A stretch of DNA of 64,000 nt, taken from the NCBI GenBank assembly GCA_965204755.1, contig OZ242011.1, positions 3,520,001 through 3,584,000 of the forward strand, written 5' to 3'. The translations under genes and the position numbers were made by a program. The stretch is from Candidatus Marinacidobacterium sp. (GTDB taxonomy: Bacteria; Acidobacteriota; Vicinamibacteria; Marinacidobacterales; Marinacidobacteraceae). A model generated the notes under the pieces. It did no database searches and was not told where the DNA came from. It was given only the letters and a program-made list of their open reading frames with translations. Position 1 is the stretch's first letter. Every line of letters starts with the position of its first letter. Shown here piece by piece: positions 27,001 to 29,882 of the stretch.

Positions 27001-29614
27001 CCTGCGCGGTCTGCCCGAGGGCGGGATCAGCGTGGCCGTCGGGGTGGGCACCATCGAAGACGACGACCGGAACGGCGCCTCGACGCCGACCTTCGCCGGC
27101 GCCGGCGGGGCCCTGTCGCTGACCTGGAGGGTGGGGGTGGAGATCCCGGCCTTCGTCCTGCCGGCGGCGGAAGGGGGCGACGCGCCGATCCGCTACGAGT
27201 TGCGCCCCGCGCCGCCTGCCGGCCTGCGCCTCTCGGCGGAAACGCGAACGCTGTCCGGGACGCCGGCGGCGTTGCAGCCGGCGGCGGAGTACCGCTGGAC
27301 GGCGACCGATCGGGACGGGGACGCCGCCGAACTGGTCCTCTCGATGGCGGTGGGGCCGAACGGTCGGCCGCAGTTCGAAGTCACTTCCGGGCCCGACCTG
27401 CGGTACTGGGTGGGCCGGGCCGCTGCGGACGACCTGCCGTCGGCCGTCGGGGGCGACGGCGCGCTGCGGTACGCGGTGGCGCCGGACCTCCCGCCGGGGC
27501 TGCAGTTCGACGCGGCGGGGCCGGGGTTGAGGGGCGCGCCGACCGCGGCGCGGGAACGGCAGGTCCACACCCTGACCGCGACGGACGAGGACGGGGACCG
27601 GGCGGCGCTGCGGTTCTCGATCACGGTCGGCGCGCTCCCGAGGTTGACCGGATGGGAGGTCGTGTCGAGCCCGCGGGAGGGGGACACCTATGCCTACGGC
27701 GAAACCATCGAGTTGGAGGCGCGGCTGACCGAGCCGGTCACCTTCAACGGCGGCGTGCACTTGGCGCTCGGGATCGGCCCGACCGTGCGCCGGGTTCCGC
27801 TGGCTTCGGCGCAGGGGTCGGTGCTGCGGTTCCGCCATTCGGTGGCGGCGACGGACCGCGATCCGGACGGGGTGAGCCTCGCGGCGAACGCGGTGTCGGT
27901 CGAGGGGGAGGCGCCGGCGGCGGACCTCCGCCATGCGGCGCTGCCGGACCAGCCGGGGCACCGGGTGGACGGGGCCGCGCGGGCGGTGGGGAGCCTGCCG
28001 TCCCTGACGCTGGCGCTCGGCGGGGCGCCGGCGCAGGTTGAAGTCGCCGGGGCCTTCCGCGGGGCGACGGCGTACGCGGCGGTTTCGTCAGCGCCGGAAG
28101 TGGCTTCGGTGGCGCTCGCCGGGACGACGGCGGAGGTCACCGCGGTGTCGGAAGGGACCGCGACCGTCACGATCCGGGGGAGGAACCCCGGCGGCGTGGC
28201 GGAGCAGCGTTTCGAGGTAACGGTGGCGCCGTCGGCGGCGGAGGCGGAAGTGGTGGAGCAGGCCCTCGGGGGCTTGGGGCGGAGTCTCCTGGCGAGCGCC
28301 ACGGCGGCGGTGGGGCGCCGCCTCACCGGCGGGGGCAGCGGCGGGGGCAGCAGCAGCGAGGGCGCCGGCGAGGCCGGCGATGACCCCGGCGATGACCCCG
28401 GCGATGACACCGACGATCGGGGAGAGGTCGTGTTCACCGGGCTGCCGACCGACGACCGGCTGCGGGCGGAGGAAGCGCTCTCGACGGCGCGGGCGTTCTC
28501 GATCACCGCGCGGCGCCCGGGCGGGAGCACCCGGTGGACGATGTGGAGCGCCGGCGACCTGCAGTCGTTCCGCGGCGGCGCGGAGGAGGGCGCGTCCTAC
28601 GACGGGAGTCCGCTGAACAGTTGGATCGGCGTGGACGCGTCGCGGGGCCGGTTCCTCGCGGGGCTAGCGGTCGCGCGGACGACCGGGGAGGTGACCTACT
28701 CGTTCGCGGACGCCCCGGCCGCGGTGAGCGGCGCGGGGACGCTGGAGACGACCCTGCTGCAGGTCCATCCGTATGTCCGGTGGTCGGTGGACGAGCGGAC
28801 CCGGGTGTGGGGGCACGGCGGCGTGGGCCGCGGTTCGGCGGAGTTGACGCGCTCCGTCACCGGGAGGTCGGAAGAGTCGCGGCTCGACCTGGCGATGGGG
28901 GCGGCCGGGCTGCGCCGGGAACTGGGTTCCGGGGGCGGGGCTTCGCTGGCGCTCCGCGCGGACTTCGGCGGGGCGCGGCTGCGGGCGGGCGGAAGCGGCC
29001 TGCTGGACGGGAAGTCGGCGGCGGTCTATCGGGGCCGCCTGGGCCTGGAGGCGAGCCGGGAATTCGGCGCGGCCCGGCCGTTCCTCGAGGTCGGCGGCCG
29101 CTACGACGGCGGGGCGGGCGCGAACGGCGCCGGTCTGGAGTTGGCCGGCGGCCTGCGCATCGCGGACCGCGGGAACCGGTTCGGGGCGGAGGCGCGGGGT
29201 CGGCTGCTGGCGCTGCACACCGCGGAGGGGTACCGGGAGTCCGGGGCGGCGCTGACCGCGCGCTACGCGCCCTCCGGCGGGGAGCGCGGCCTGTCGGTGG
29301 AGGTCGGGCCGACCTGGGGCGCGCCGCCCGCGGGGGCGCAGGCGCTTTGGAGCGACCGGAACCTGGGCGAGATGCGGCCCGGAGGAGACCGGGCAGGTCA
29401 GTGGGTCGGGCGGATGAGTTACGGGTTCCCGCTGTTCACGCCGTTCACCGAAGTGACCTGGTCCGAGGCGTTGTCGCGTTCGCTCCGGGCCGGCGTCCGC
29501 CTGGGCCGCTACGGCGCCCCGGTCTATGTCGAACTCGCCGGCAGCCGCCGGCAGCAGGGCGCCGGGGAGGCCGGCTACCGCCTCGACCTCTACGGCCGCA
29601 TCCGCCTGCCGTGA
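47..29614 (+). CDS. Giant Calx-beta/Ig-repeat surface adhesin with C-terminal autotransporter-type beta-barrel (~9855 aa)
   Basis: Single uninterrupted ORF. Hydrophobic N-terminus (WIAVTLGVTVLVGFPAVSG). About 44 Calx-beta repeats (V.EG......FTV.L...V.V.Y....GTA..G.DY...GTLTF..G.T...I.V.V.GD..DE.DETV.V.LS...GTI.DDD) and ~33 related Ig-like repeats. Then (EP)10, two putative-Ig domains (LP.A.GG...L.Y...P.LP.GL......L.G.P), a helical linker (LGGLGRSLLASATAAVGRRL) and an amphipathic beta-strand barrel (QVHPYVRW, PFLEVGGRYDGG..GAGLELAGG). The frame is also open from base 2, so the true start may lie upstream of the window. Confidence 0.92.
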   Translation: MQCPGRTGPSWFRIWIAVTLGVTVLVGFPAVSGEAGATPAANERERATPTDPRNAVFESSTGVGAARQAPSLSIDSPSVDEGSAGSVSLTFTVTLNPAGAEQVTVDYADAGTGTATSGADYTALVSGTLTFAPGETAKTVSASVTGDAVDEPDETVVVSLSGAVNATVGTASGTGTITDDDAQPTVTLALSRTSIAESGATNSAAVTASLDHASSEETTITVAAAAGTGAVASDFSLGGNAKLTIAAGATSSTGTVTVTAVDNSEDESDKSVTVSGTAVNSQGITQPSNVTLTVTDDDGAPSLSIGSASVTEGNGATANLTFTVSLDAASGKEVTVDYADAGTGTAASGADYTAVSAGTLTFAAGDTSKTITVSVTGDATDEPDETVVVSLSGAVNATIGTASGTGTITDDDAAPTVTLSVADASIPENGGTTTVSAVLSHASSAETTVTISPVSGGYTVGADAAITIAAGETANGADTVTITAVDDEVAGSDRSVTVTATATNGQGIGSVTGASLTLEDDDGEGGGGVGGASGSQDSGPTVSVASASVTEGDGGQTDLTLTVSLSAASDDPVTVDYADAGTGTATSGADYTALTAGTLTFTAGDTSETITVSVTGDATDEPDETVVVSLSGAVNATIGTASGTGTITDDDAAPTVTLSVADASIPENGGTTTVSAVLSHASSAETTVTVRPVSGGYTVGTDAAITIAAGETANGADTVTITAVDDEVAESDRSVTVTATATNGQGIGSVTGASLTLEDDDGEGGGAVGGASGSQDSGPTVSVAPASVTEGDGGQTDLTLTVSLSAASDDPVTVDYADAGTGTAASGADYTALTAGTLTFTAGDTSKTITVSVTGDATDEPDETVVVTLSGAVNATIGTASGTGTITDDDAAPTVTLSVADDSIPENGGTTTVSAVLSHASSAETTVTVRPVSGGYTVGADAAITIAAGETANGADTVTITAVDDEVAGSDRSVTVTATATNGQGVGSVTGASLTLEDDDGEGGGGGASGSQDDLPSLSIDSPRGQEPSTGTSEMTFTVTLSAAAEQQVTVNYRDRGTPASATSGSDYRALSPGTLTFAAGETSKTITVTILADPDDAEYAEQIHVVLSEAVNATIGTAVGVGRIADYHVPPSLSISGGSVTEGDSGAANLIFTIRLSAASSRTVRFTYSDAGTGTATSGTDYTALRSGVLTFTAGETTKTVTISVTGDTEDEPNETVVVSGSASGTSVDGRSLRATGTITNDDGPYLGIGASSVEEGDSGSANLIFTVRMTPASRDRVTVGYADAGTGTATSGTDYTPLSPGTLTFSAGETTKTITVSVIGDIAHEPDETVAVTLSGAVNAATYPATSTGTGTITNDDERPSLSIDSPRALEPETGVADLVFTVSLSAESARQITVNYRTNQLNTYTNARSGTDFQALGPGTLTFAPGQTSKKITVKVLPDTVDETDENVRIQLSNAVNATIGNGRATGVIRDRTPDVSLVISAPSVAEGDSGSADMTFTVGLSAASERYFQVEYADAGTGTATSGTDYRTLSPGTLTFYAGESTKTITVSVTGDIADEPNETVVVRLSGGPADRWIGTATGTGTITNDDRPYLGIGSSSVEEGDSGSANLIFTVRVTPASPDRVTVDYADAGTGTATSGTDYTPLSPGTLTFLAGETTKTITVTVIGDIAHEPDETVAVTLSGAVNAATYTATSTGTGTITNDDEPPSLSIDSPRAWEPETGVADLVFTVSLSAASTRQITVNYRTNQLNTYTYATSGTDFRALGLGTLTFAPGQRSKKITVKVLPDTVDEGDENVRIQLSNAVNATIGNGSATGVIRDRTPDVSLVISAPSVAEGDSGSADMTFTVGLSAASERYFQVEYADAGTGTATSGTDYTTLSPGTLTFYAGDTTKTITVSVTGDTADEPNETVVVRLSGGPADRWIGTATGTGTITNDDRPYLGIGSASVEEGDGGSANLNFTVRMTPASPDQVTVDYADAGTGTATSGTDYTALSSGTLTFPAGETTKTITVSVTGDTANEPDETVVVTLSGAVNALTYPATSTGTGTITNDDELPSLSISGGTVSEGDTGSANLVFTVSLDAASGREVTVNYADAGTGTGASGTDYAALPPGTLTFGAGDTSKQVTVRVRGDSLEEEDETVVVEISSAVNATIGTSTGTGTITNDDVKTVRLVVSPSSITESGARNSATVAAQLSESSTAETTVVVSVAAGAGAVSSDFTVSGNRTLTILAGHAGGTRALTITAVDNTTDEPDKTITVSGTATNSEGIAGPSDVTLTITDDDAEPSLSIGSATVAEGNTGSANLTYTVTLSAASGKQVTVDYEDAGTGTATSGTDYTALPSGTLTFTAGDTSETITVPVRGDTTDEPDETVVVTLSGAVNATIGTASETGTITDDDATPKVTLALSRAAVAESGTTNSTSVTASLNHPSSERTTITVSAAPGTGAAAADYRLSTQRTLTIAAGATRSTGTVTITAVDNATDAPNKSVTVSGSASNSQGVTNPSSVTLTITDDDAAPTVTLALSRSTITESGAANSATVTATLDRRSSEPTTVTVGAAASGAHTVAGDFSLSRDAKLTIAAGATSSTGTVTITAVDNTEDEADKSVTVSGTAANTQGITQPSTVTLAITDDDDAPSLSVGSASVSEGDSGSANLVFTVMLDAASGKEVTVDYAEGTGGTATSGTDYTAPGSGTLTFTAGDTSEMITVSVRGDTTDEPDETVVITLSGAVNATIGTASGTGTITDDDATPTVTLTLSRTSIAESGATNSTTVTASLNRASSQQTTITVGAAAGTGAVAGDFTLSSNAKLTIAAGTTSSTGTVTITAVDNNEDEADKSVTASGTAANTQGITQPSAVTLTITDDDDPPSLSIGSATVAEGNSGSVNLTYTVTLDAASGKEVTVGYADAGTGTATSGTDYTAITAGTLTFTAGDTSETITVSVRGDRADEPDERVVVSLSGAVNATIGTADGTGTITDDDDAPTVTLSLSPGSIAESGSTNRSAVTASLDHPSSQQTTITVAATAGTGAVSGDFTLSSNTKLTIAALATSSTGTVTITAVNNSEDEADKSVTVSGTAANTQGITQPSAVTLTIADDDDPPSLSIGSATVAEGNSGSVNLTYTVTLDAASGKEVTVGYADAGTGTATSGTDYAALTAGTLTFTAGDTSETITVSVTGDTTDEPNETVVVTLSGATNATIGTASGTGTITDDDATPTVTLSLSPASVAESGTTNSTSVTASLNHPSSERTTITVSAAPGTGAAAADYRLSTQRTLTIAAGATRSTGTVTITAVDNATDAPNKSVTVSGSASNSQGVTNPSSVTLTITDDDAAPTVTLALSRSTITESGAANSATVTATLDRRSSEPTTVTVGAAASGAHTVAGDFSLSRDAKLTIAAGATSSTGTVTITAVDNNDDERDKSVTVSGTAANSQGVTNPSALTLTITDDDVPSLSIDSPSVGEGDSGAATLTFTVTLDRESWQQVRVAYAEGAGGTATSGTDYTAPGSGTLTFTAGDTSETITVSVRSDRTDEPDETVVVALSGAVNATIGTASGTGTITDDDAAPSLSIGSARVNEGNTGSANLTFTVSLDAASGKEVTVDYEDAGTGTATSGADYAALTAGTLTFTAGDTSDSITVSVRGDTTDEPDETVVVTLSGPANASVGTASGTGTITDDDATPTVTLALSRTSIPESGATNSTTVTASLNRASSEPTTITVGAAAGTGAVAGDFSLSSNKELTIAAGATASSGTVTVTAVDNMADEADKSVTVSGTAANSQGITQPANVTLTITDDDAEPSLSIGSVSVTEGDSGQANLVFTVSLSPASGKQVTVDYAEGTGGTATSGTDYTALSAGTLTFTAGDTSETIPVSVTGDTTDEPDETVVVSLSGAVNATIGTADGTGTITDDDDAPTVTLLLSPSSIGESGATNSTTVTASLNRASSQQTTITVGAAAGAGAVAGDFTLSSNPELTIAAGATRSTGTVTVTAVDNMEDEADKSVTVSGTAANSQGITQPSDVTLTITDDDATPTVTLALSPSSVAESGATNSTTVTASLNRPSSQQTTITVGAAAGAGAVSGDFTLSSNAKLTIAAGSTSSTGTVTVTAVDNNEDEADKSVTVSGTAANSQGITQPSDVTLTITDDDATPTVTLSLSPSSVAESGATNSTTVDASLNRPSSQQTTITVGAAAGAGAVSGDFTLSSNAKLTIAAGATTSTGTVTVTAVDNSEDEADKSVTVSGTAANTQGITQPSDVTLTITDDDDAPTVTLLLSPSSIAESGATNSATVTASLDHASSEPTTITVGAAAGTGAVSGDFTLSSDPELTIAAGATSSAGTVTITAVDNTEDEADKSVTVSGSAANSQGITQPSSVTLTITDDDAEPSLSIGSVSVTEGDSGQANLVFTVSLSPASGKQVTVDYAEGTGGTATSGTDYTALSAGTLTFTAGDTSETIPVSVTGDTTDEPDETVVVSLSGAVNATIGTADGTGTITDDDDAPTVTLLLSPSSIGESGATNSTTVTASLNRASSQQTTITVGAAAGTGAVSGDFTLSSDPELTIAAGATSSAGTVTVTAVDNTEDEADKSVTVSGTAVNTQGITQPSNVTLTITDDDAEPSLSIGSVSVTEGDSGQANLVFTVSLSPASGKQVTVDYAEGTGGTGTSGTDYTALMAGTLTFTAGDTSETITVSVQGDTTDEPNETVVVSLSGAVNATIGTASVTGTITDDDDAPTVTLALSPSSIGESGATNSTTVTASLNRASSQQTTITVGAAAGAGAVAGDFSLSSNPELTIAAGATRSTGTVTVTAVDNTEDEADKSVTVSGTATNTQGITQPSDVTLTITDDDAEPSLSIGSVSVTEGDSGQANLVFTVSLSPASGKQVTVDYAEGAGGTATSGTDYTALSAGTLTFTAGDTSETIPVSVTGDTTDEPDETVVVSLSGAANATIGTADGTGTITDDDDAPTVTLLLSPSSIGESGATNSTTVTASLNRASSQQTTITVGAAAGTGAVAGDFTLSSNAKLTIAAGATSSTGTVTITAVDNTEDEADKSVTVSGTAVNSQGITQPSNVTLTITDDDDPPSLSIASPSVAEGDSGSATLTFTVSLDAASGKEVTVDYAEGTGGTATSGTDYTALPAGTLTFTAGDTSETITVSVRGDATDEPNETVLVTLSGAVNATIGTASGTGTITDDDATPTVTLALSPSSISESGTTNSATVTASLNRASSQQTTITVGAAAGAGAVAGDFSLSSNPELTIAAGATRSTGTVTVTAVDNTEDEADKSVTVSGTAVNTQGITQPSSVALTITDDDGEPSLSIGSASVTEGDSGSVNLEFTVSLSPASGKQVTVDYAEGTGGTATSGTDYTAPSAGTLTFTAGDTSETITVSVTGDTTDEPNETVVVSLSGAVNATIGTADGTGTITDDDDSPTVTLLLSPSSISESGATNRATVTASLDHASSEQTTITVGAAAGAGAVSGDFTLSSNTKLTIAAGATSSAGTVTVTAVDNTEDEADKSVTVSGTAVNTQGITQPSSVALTITDDDGEPSLSIGSASVNEGDSGSVNLEFTVSLNAASGREVTVDYAEGTGGTATGGTDYTALPAGTLTFTAGDTTETITVSVTGDATDEPDETVVVSLSGAVNATIGTASGTGTITDDDDAPTVTLALSSSSIGESGATNSTTVTASLDHASSEQTTITVGAAAGAGAVSGDFTLSSDPELTIAAGATRSTGTVTVTAVDNTEDEADKSVTVSGTAVNTQGITQPSSVTLTITDDDGAPSLSIGSASVTEGDSGQANLVFTVSLSPASGREVTVDYAEGTGGTATGGTDYTALPAGTLTFTAGDTSETITVSVTGDATDEPDETVVVSLSGAVNATIGTASGTGTITDDDDAPTVTLLLSPSSISESGATNRATVTASLDHASSEQTTITVGAAAGTGAEAGDFTLSSDPELTIAAGATRSTGTVTVTAVDNTEDEADKSVTVSGTAVNTQGITQPSNVTLTITDDDGEPSLSIGSASVAEGDSSTANLVFTVSLNAASGREVTVDYAEGTGGTATGGTDYTALPAGTLTFTAGDTSETITVSVTGDTTDEPDETVVVTLSGAVNATIGTASGTGTITDDDDAPTVTLALSPGSIGESGATNRATVTASLDHASSEDTTITVAAAAGTGAVSGDFTLSSDAKLTIAAGATSSTGAVTITAVDNTEDEADKSVTVSGTAANSQGITQPSDVTLTITDDDGAPSLSIGSASVAEGDSGSVNLEFTVSLNAASGREVTVDYAEGTGGTATSGTDYTALSAGTLTFTAGDTSETITVSVTGDTTDEPNETVVVSLSAAANATIGTADGTGTITDDDDSPTVTLLLSPSSISESGATNRATVTASLDHASSEDTTITVAAAAGTGAVSGDFTLSSDPKLTIAAGATSSTGAVTITAVDNTEDEADKSVTVSGTAVNTQGITQPSSVTLTITDDDGEPSLSIGSTSVTEGNSGQANLVFTVTLSAASGREVTVDYAEGTGGTATSGTDYTALPAGTLTFTAGDTSETITVSVTGDTTDEPNETVVVSLSGAVNATIGTADGTGTITDDDDAPTVTLALSRTSIAESGATNSTTVTASLDHASSADTTITVGVAAGTGAEATDFSLSSNTKLTIAAGTTSSTGTVTITAVDNTEDEADKSVTVSGTATNTQGITKPSDVTLTITDDDGEPSLSIGSASVNEGDSGSVNLEFTVSLNAASGREVTVDYAEGTGGTATSGTDYTALSAGTLTFTAGDTTETITVSVTGDATDEPNETVVVSLSGAVNATISTASGTGTITDDDDAPTVTLLLSPSSISESGATNRATVTASLDHASSEQTTITVGAAAGTGAEAGDFTLSSDPKLTIAAGATRSTGTVTVTAVDNTEDEADKSVTVSGTAVNTQGITQPSSVTLTITDDDGEPSLSIGSASVAEGDSSTANLVFTVSLNAASGREVTVDYAEGTGGTATSGTDYTALPAGTLTFTAGDTSETITVSVTGDTTDEPDETVVVTLSGAVNATIGTASETGTITDDDDAPTVTLLLSPSSISESGATNRATVTASLDHASSEQTTITVGAAAGTGAEAGDFTLSSDPELTIAAGATTSTGTVTVTAVDNTEDEADKSVTVSGTAANSQGITQPANVTLTITDDDGEPSLSIGSASVAEGDSSTANLVFTVSLNAASGREVTVDYAEGTGGTATGGTDYTALMAGTLTFTAGDTSETITVSVTGDTTDEPDETVVVSLSGAVNATIGTASETGTITDDDDAPTVTLALSPSSISESGATNSATVTASLDRASSEDTTITVAAAAGTGAVSGDFSLSSDPELTIAAGATSSAGTVTVTAVDNTEDEADKSVTVSGTAVNTQGITQPSSVTLTITDDDGEPSLSIGSASVNEGDSSTANLVFTVSLNAASGREVTVDYAEGTGGTATGGTDYTALMAGTLTFTAGDTSETITVSVTGDTTDEPDETVVVSLSGAVNATIGTASGTGTITDDDDAPTVTLALSPGSIGESGATNRATVTASLDHASSEDTTITVAAAAGTGAVSGDFTLSSDPKLTIAAGSTSSTGAVTITAVNNTEDEADKSVTVSGTAVNTQGITQPSSVTLTITDDDGEPSLSIGSASVNEGDSGSVNLEFTVSLNAASGKEVTVDYAEGTGSTATSGTDYTALPAGTLTFTAGDTSETIMVSVTGDTTDEPDETVVVSLSGAANATIGTADGTGTITDDDDAPTVTLLLSPSSIAESGATNRATVTVSLDHASSEQTTITVGAAAGAGAVSGDFTLSSNAKLTVAAGATSSTGTVTITAVDNAEDEADKSVTVSGAAANTQGITQPANVTLTITDDDAEPSLSIGSASVAEGDSSTADLDFTVTLDAASGKVVTVDYAEGTGGTATGGADYTALTAGTLTFTAGDTSETITVSVTGDTTDEPNETVVVSLSGAANATIGTADGTGTITDDDDTPTVTLALSRTSIPESGATNSSAVTASLDRPSSEQTTITVSAAAGTGAVAADFTLSADPKLTIAAGATSSTGTVTITAEDNGEDEADKSVTVSGAATNSHGITDPSAVTLTITDEDDPPSLSIGSASVDEGDSGSANLVFTVTLDAASGKEVTVDYAEGTGGTATSGTDYTALTAGALTFTAGDTSETITVSVTGDATDEPDETVFVELSGAENATIATASATGTITDDDDSPTVTLALSPASIAESGTANSTTITASLDHPSSEQTTITVSAAAGAGAEASDFTLGSNAKLTIAAGATTSTGTVTITAVDNTEDEADKSVTVSGSAENTQGITQPSAVTLTITDDDGAPSLSIGSATVTEGDSGSTNLTFTVTLSPASGREVTVEYADAASGTATSGADYTALTAGTLTFTAGDTSETITVSVRGDTTDESDETVVVELSNAVNATIGTGTGTGTITDDDDGPSLSIDSPSVTETDGSTADLTYTVTMDQASSQEVTVAYAEGAGGTAASGTDYTPLASGTLTFGPGATSRTITVSVTGDTADEPNETVVVTLSAPTNAVIGTGTGTGTITDDDVPLLSIGSPSAAEGNAGSSNLAFTVTLDRPSWQQVSVAYADAGTGTATSGTDYAALAPGTLTFAAGETGKTVAVSITGDTTAEANETVRVTLSGAVNAAIGTATGTGTIRNDDAPVLSIDSPRVDEGDSGQANLVFTVSLTPAASQQVTVAYADAGTGTATSGTDYAALAAGTLSFAPGDTGRQVTVSVTGDTAAETDETVVVSLSGASGAAIVMGTGTGTIRDDDSLPVLSIDSPSVTEGDAGSTALTFTVSLSRASAQPVQVDYADAGTGTATAGSDYTALSAGTATFPAGETRRRITVPVVGDTEAEGNETVRVTLSGAVNATIGAATGIGTIVGDDAPTVDTEPEPEPEPEPEPEPEPEPEPSGPPTVSIDSPRVVEPDEGTADLVFTVSLSAPAPREVTVGYRVLDTGTAGPSDYVAPGPGTLTFPPGDAARRIPVPVIGDTAAEEDETIVVELSDLRGLPEGGISVAVGVGTIEDDDRNGASTPTFAGAGGALSLTWRVGVEIPAFVLPAAEGGDAPIRYELRPAPPAGLRLSAETRTLSGTPAALQPAAEYRWTATDRDGDAAELVLSMAVGPNGRPQFEVTSGPDLRYWVGRAAADDLPSAVGGDGALRYAVAPDLPPGLQFDAAGPGLRGAPTAARERQVHTLTATDEDGDRAALRFSITVGALPRLTGWEVVSSPREGDTYAYGETIELEARLTEPVTFNGGVHLALGIGPTVRRVPLASAQGSVLRFRHSVAATDRDPDGVSLAANAVSVEGEAPAADLRHAALPDQPGHRVDGAARAVGSLPSLTLALGGAPAQVEVAGAFRGATAYAAVSSAPEVASVALAGTTAEVTAVSEGTATVTIRGRNPGGVAEQRFEVTVAPSAAEAEVVEQALGGLGRSLLASATAAVGRRLTGGGSGGGSSSEGAGEAGDDPGDDPGDDTDDRGEVVFTGLPTDDRLRAEEALSTARAFSITARRPGGSTRWTMWSAGDLQSFRGGAEEGASYDGSPLNSWIGVDASRGRFLAGLAVARTTGEVTYSFADAPAAVSGAGTLETTLLQVHPYVRWSVDERTRVWGHGGVGRGSAELTRSVTGRSEESRLDLAMGAAGLRRELGSGGGASLALRADFGGARLRAGGSGLLDGKSAAVYRGRLGLEASREFGAARPFLEVGGRYDGGAGANGAGLELAGGLRIADRGNRFGAEARGRLLALHTAEGYRESGAALTARYAPSGGERGLSVEVGPTWGAPPAGAQALWSDRNLGEMRPGGDRAGQWVGRMSYGFPLFTPFTEVTWSEALSRSLRAGVRLGRYGAPVYVELAGSRRQQGAGEAGYRLDLYGRIRLP
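946..3085 (+). repeat. Three ~717-bp intragenic tandem units (Calx-beta + short Ig + Gly-rich linker EGGG.VGGASGSQD)
   Basis: APTVTLSVAD.SIPENGG recurs at 1286, 2003 and 2720 (period 717). Confidence 0.9.
3782..6205 (+). repeat. ~2.3 copies of a 1041-bp three-Calx-beta unit (divergent, AT-richer block)
   Basis: PYLGIG codons at 3782, 4823 and 5864 (period 1041). NQLNTYT and GGPADRWIG motifs each occur twice. Confidence 0.9.
11753..13156 (+). repeat. Four tandem 351-bp (117-aa) Ig-like units
   Basis: The Pro codon of PTVTL falls at 11756, 12107, 12458 and 12809; the next in-register Pro is at 13160. Confidence 0.9.
13157..24937 (+). repeat. 17 tandem 693-bp (231-aa) Calx-beta + Ig-like units forming the adhesin stalk
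   Basis: xPSLSI starts at 13157 + 693n through 24938. Antisense shadow ORFs in the track show the same 693-bp period. Confidence 0.93.
26657..26716 (+). repeat. (EP)10 proline-rich linker (6-bp GARCCS microsatellite)
   Basis: gagccg/gagccc/gaaccc x10, read directly. Confidence 0.95.
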
Positions 29615-29839
29615 CAGCCCGCGGCAAAAGCGCCCCGCCCTCCGCTCCTCGACCGGAGCGGCGCCAAGTCCGCGTTCGGTTTCGCGGCGGGGCGCTCTTC
29701 CCGCGGGCCGGCGGCGCGAATCGCTGCGCGATTCCCCCCGCCATCTATCGCGGGGAGGGGCCACCCGCTCCCCGCACCCCTCCCCGGTCGGCGCTTCGCG
29801 CCGACGAGCGCGCCCCGGACTTTCTCCACGGGCTGCTGA
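29615..29839. mobile_element. Putative MITE/REP-like non-coding element with terminal inverted repeats and nested hairpins
   Basis: Left end CAGCCCGCGGCAAAAG; right end CTTTCTCCACGGGCTG (reverse complement CAGCCCGTGGAGAAAG). Internal palindromes CCGCTCC..GGAGCGG, GAATCGC..GCGATTC and CGGCGC-TTC-GCGCCG. Partial copies at 36434-36471 and 41418-41498. Confidence 0.6.
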
Positions 29840-29882
29840 CGGCTTGCCGGGCGACGTCCGGGGCGGGCGTCCGACCGGTTCC

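Noticed and set aside
76-28530. Long alternative-frame and antisense ORFs over the adhesin (up to 1878 aa, Arg-rich or Val/Ser-rich)
   Set aside because: Shadow ORFs caused by high GC and biased repeat codons. They track the repeat period and contain no recognisable domains.
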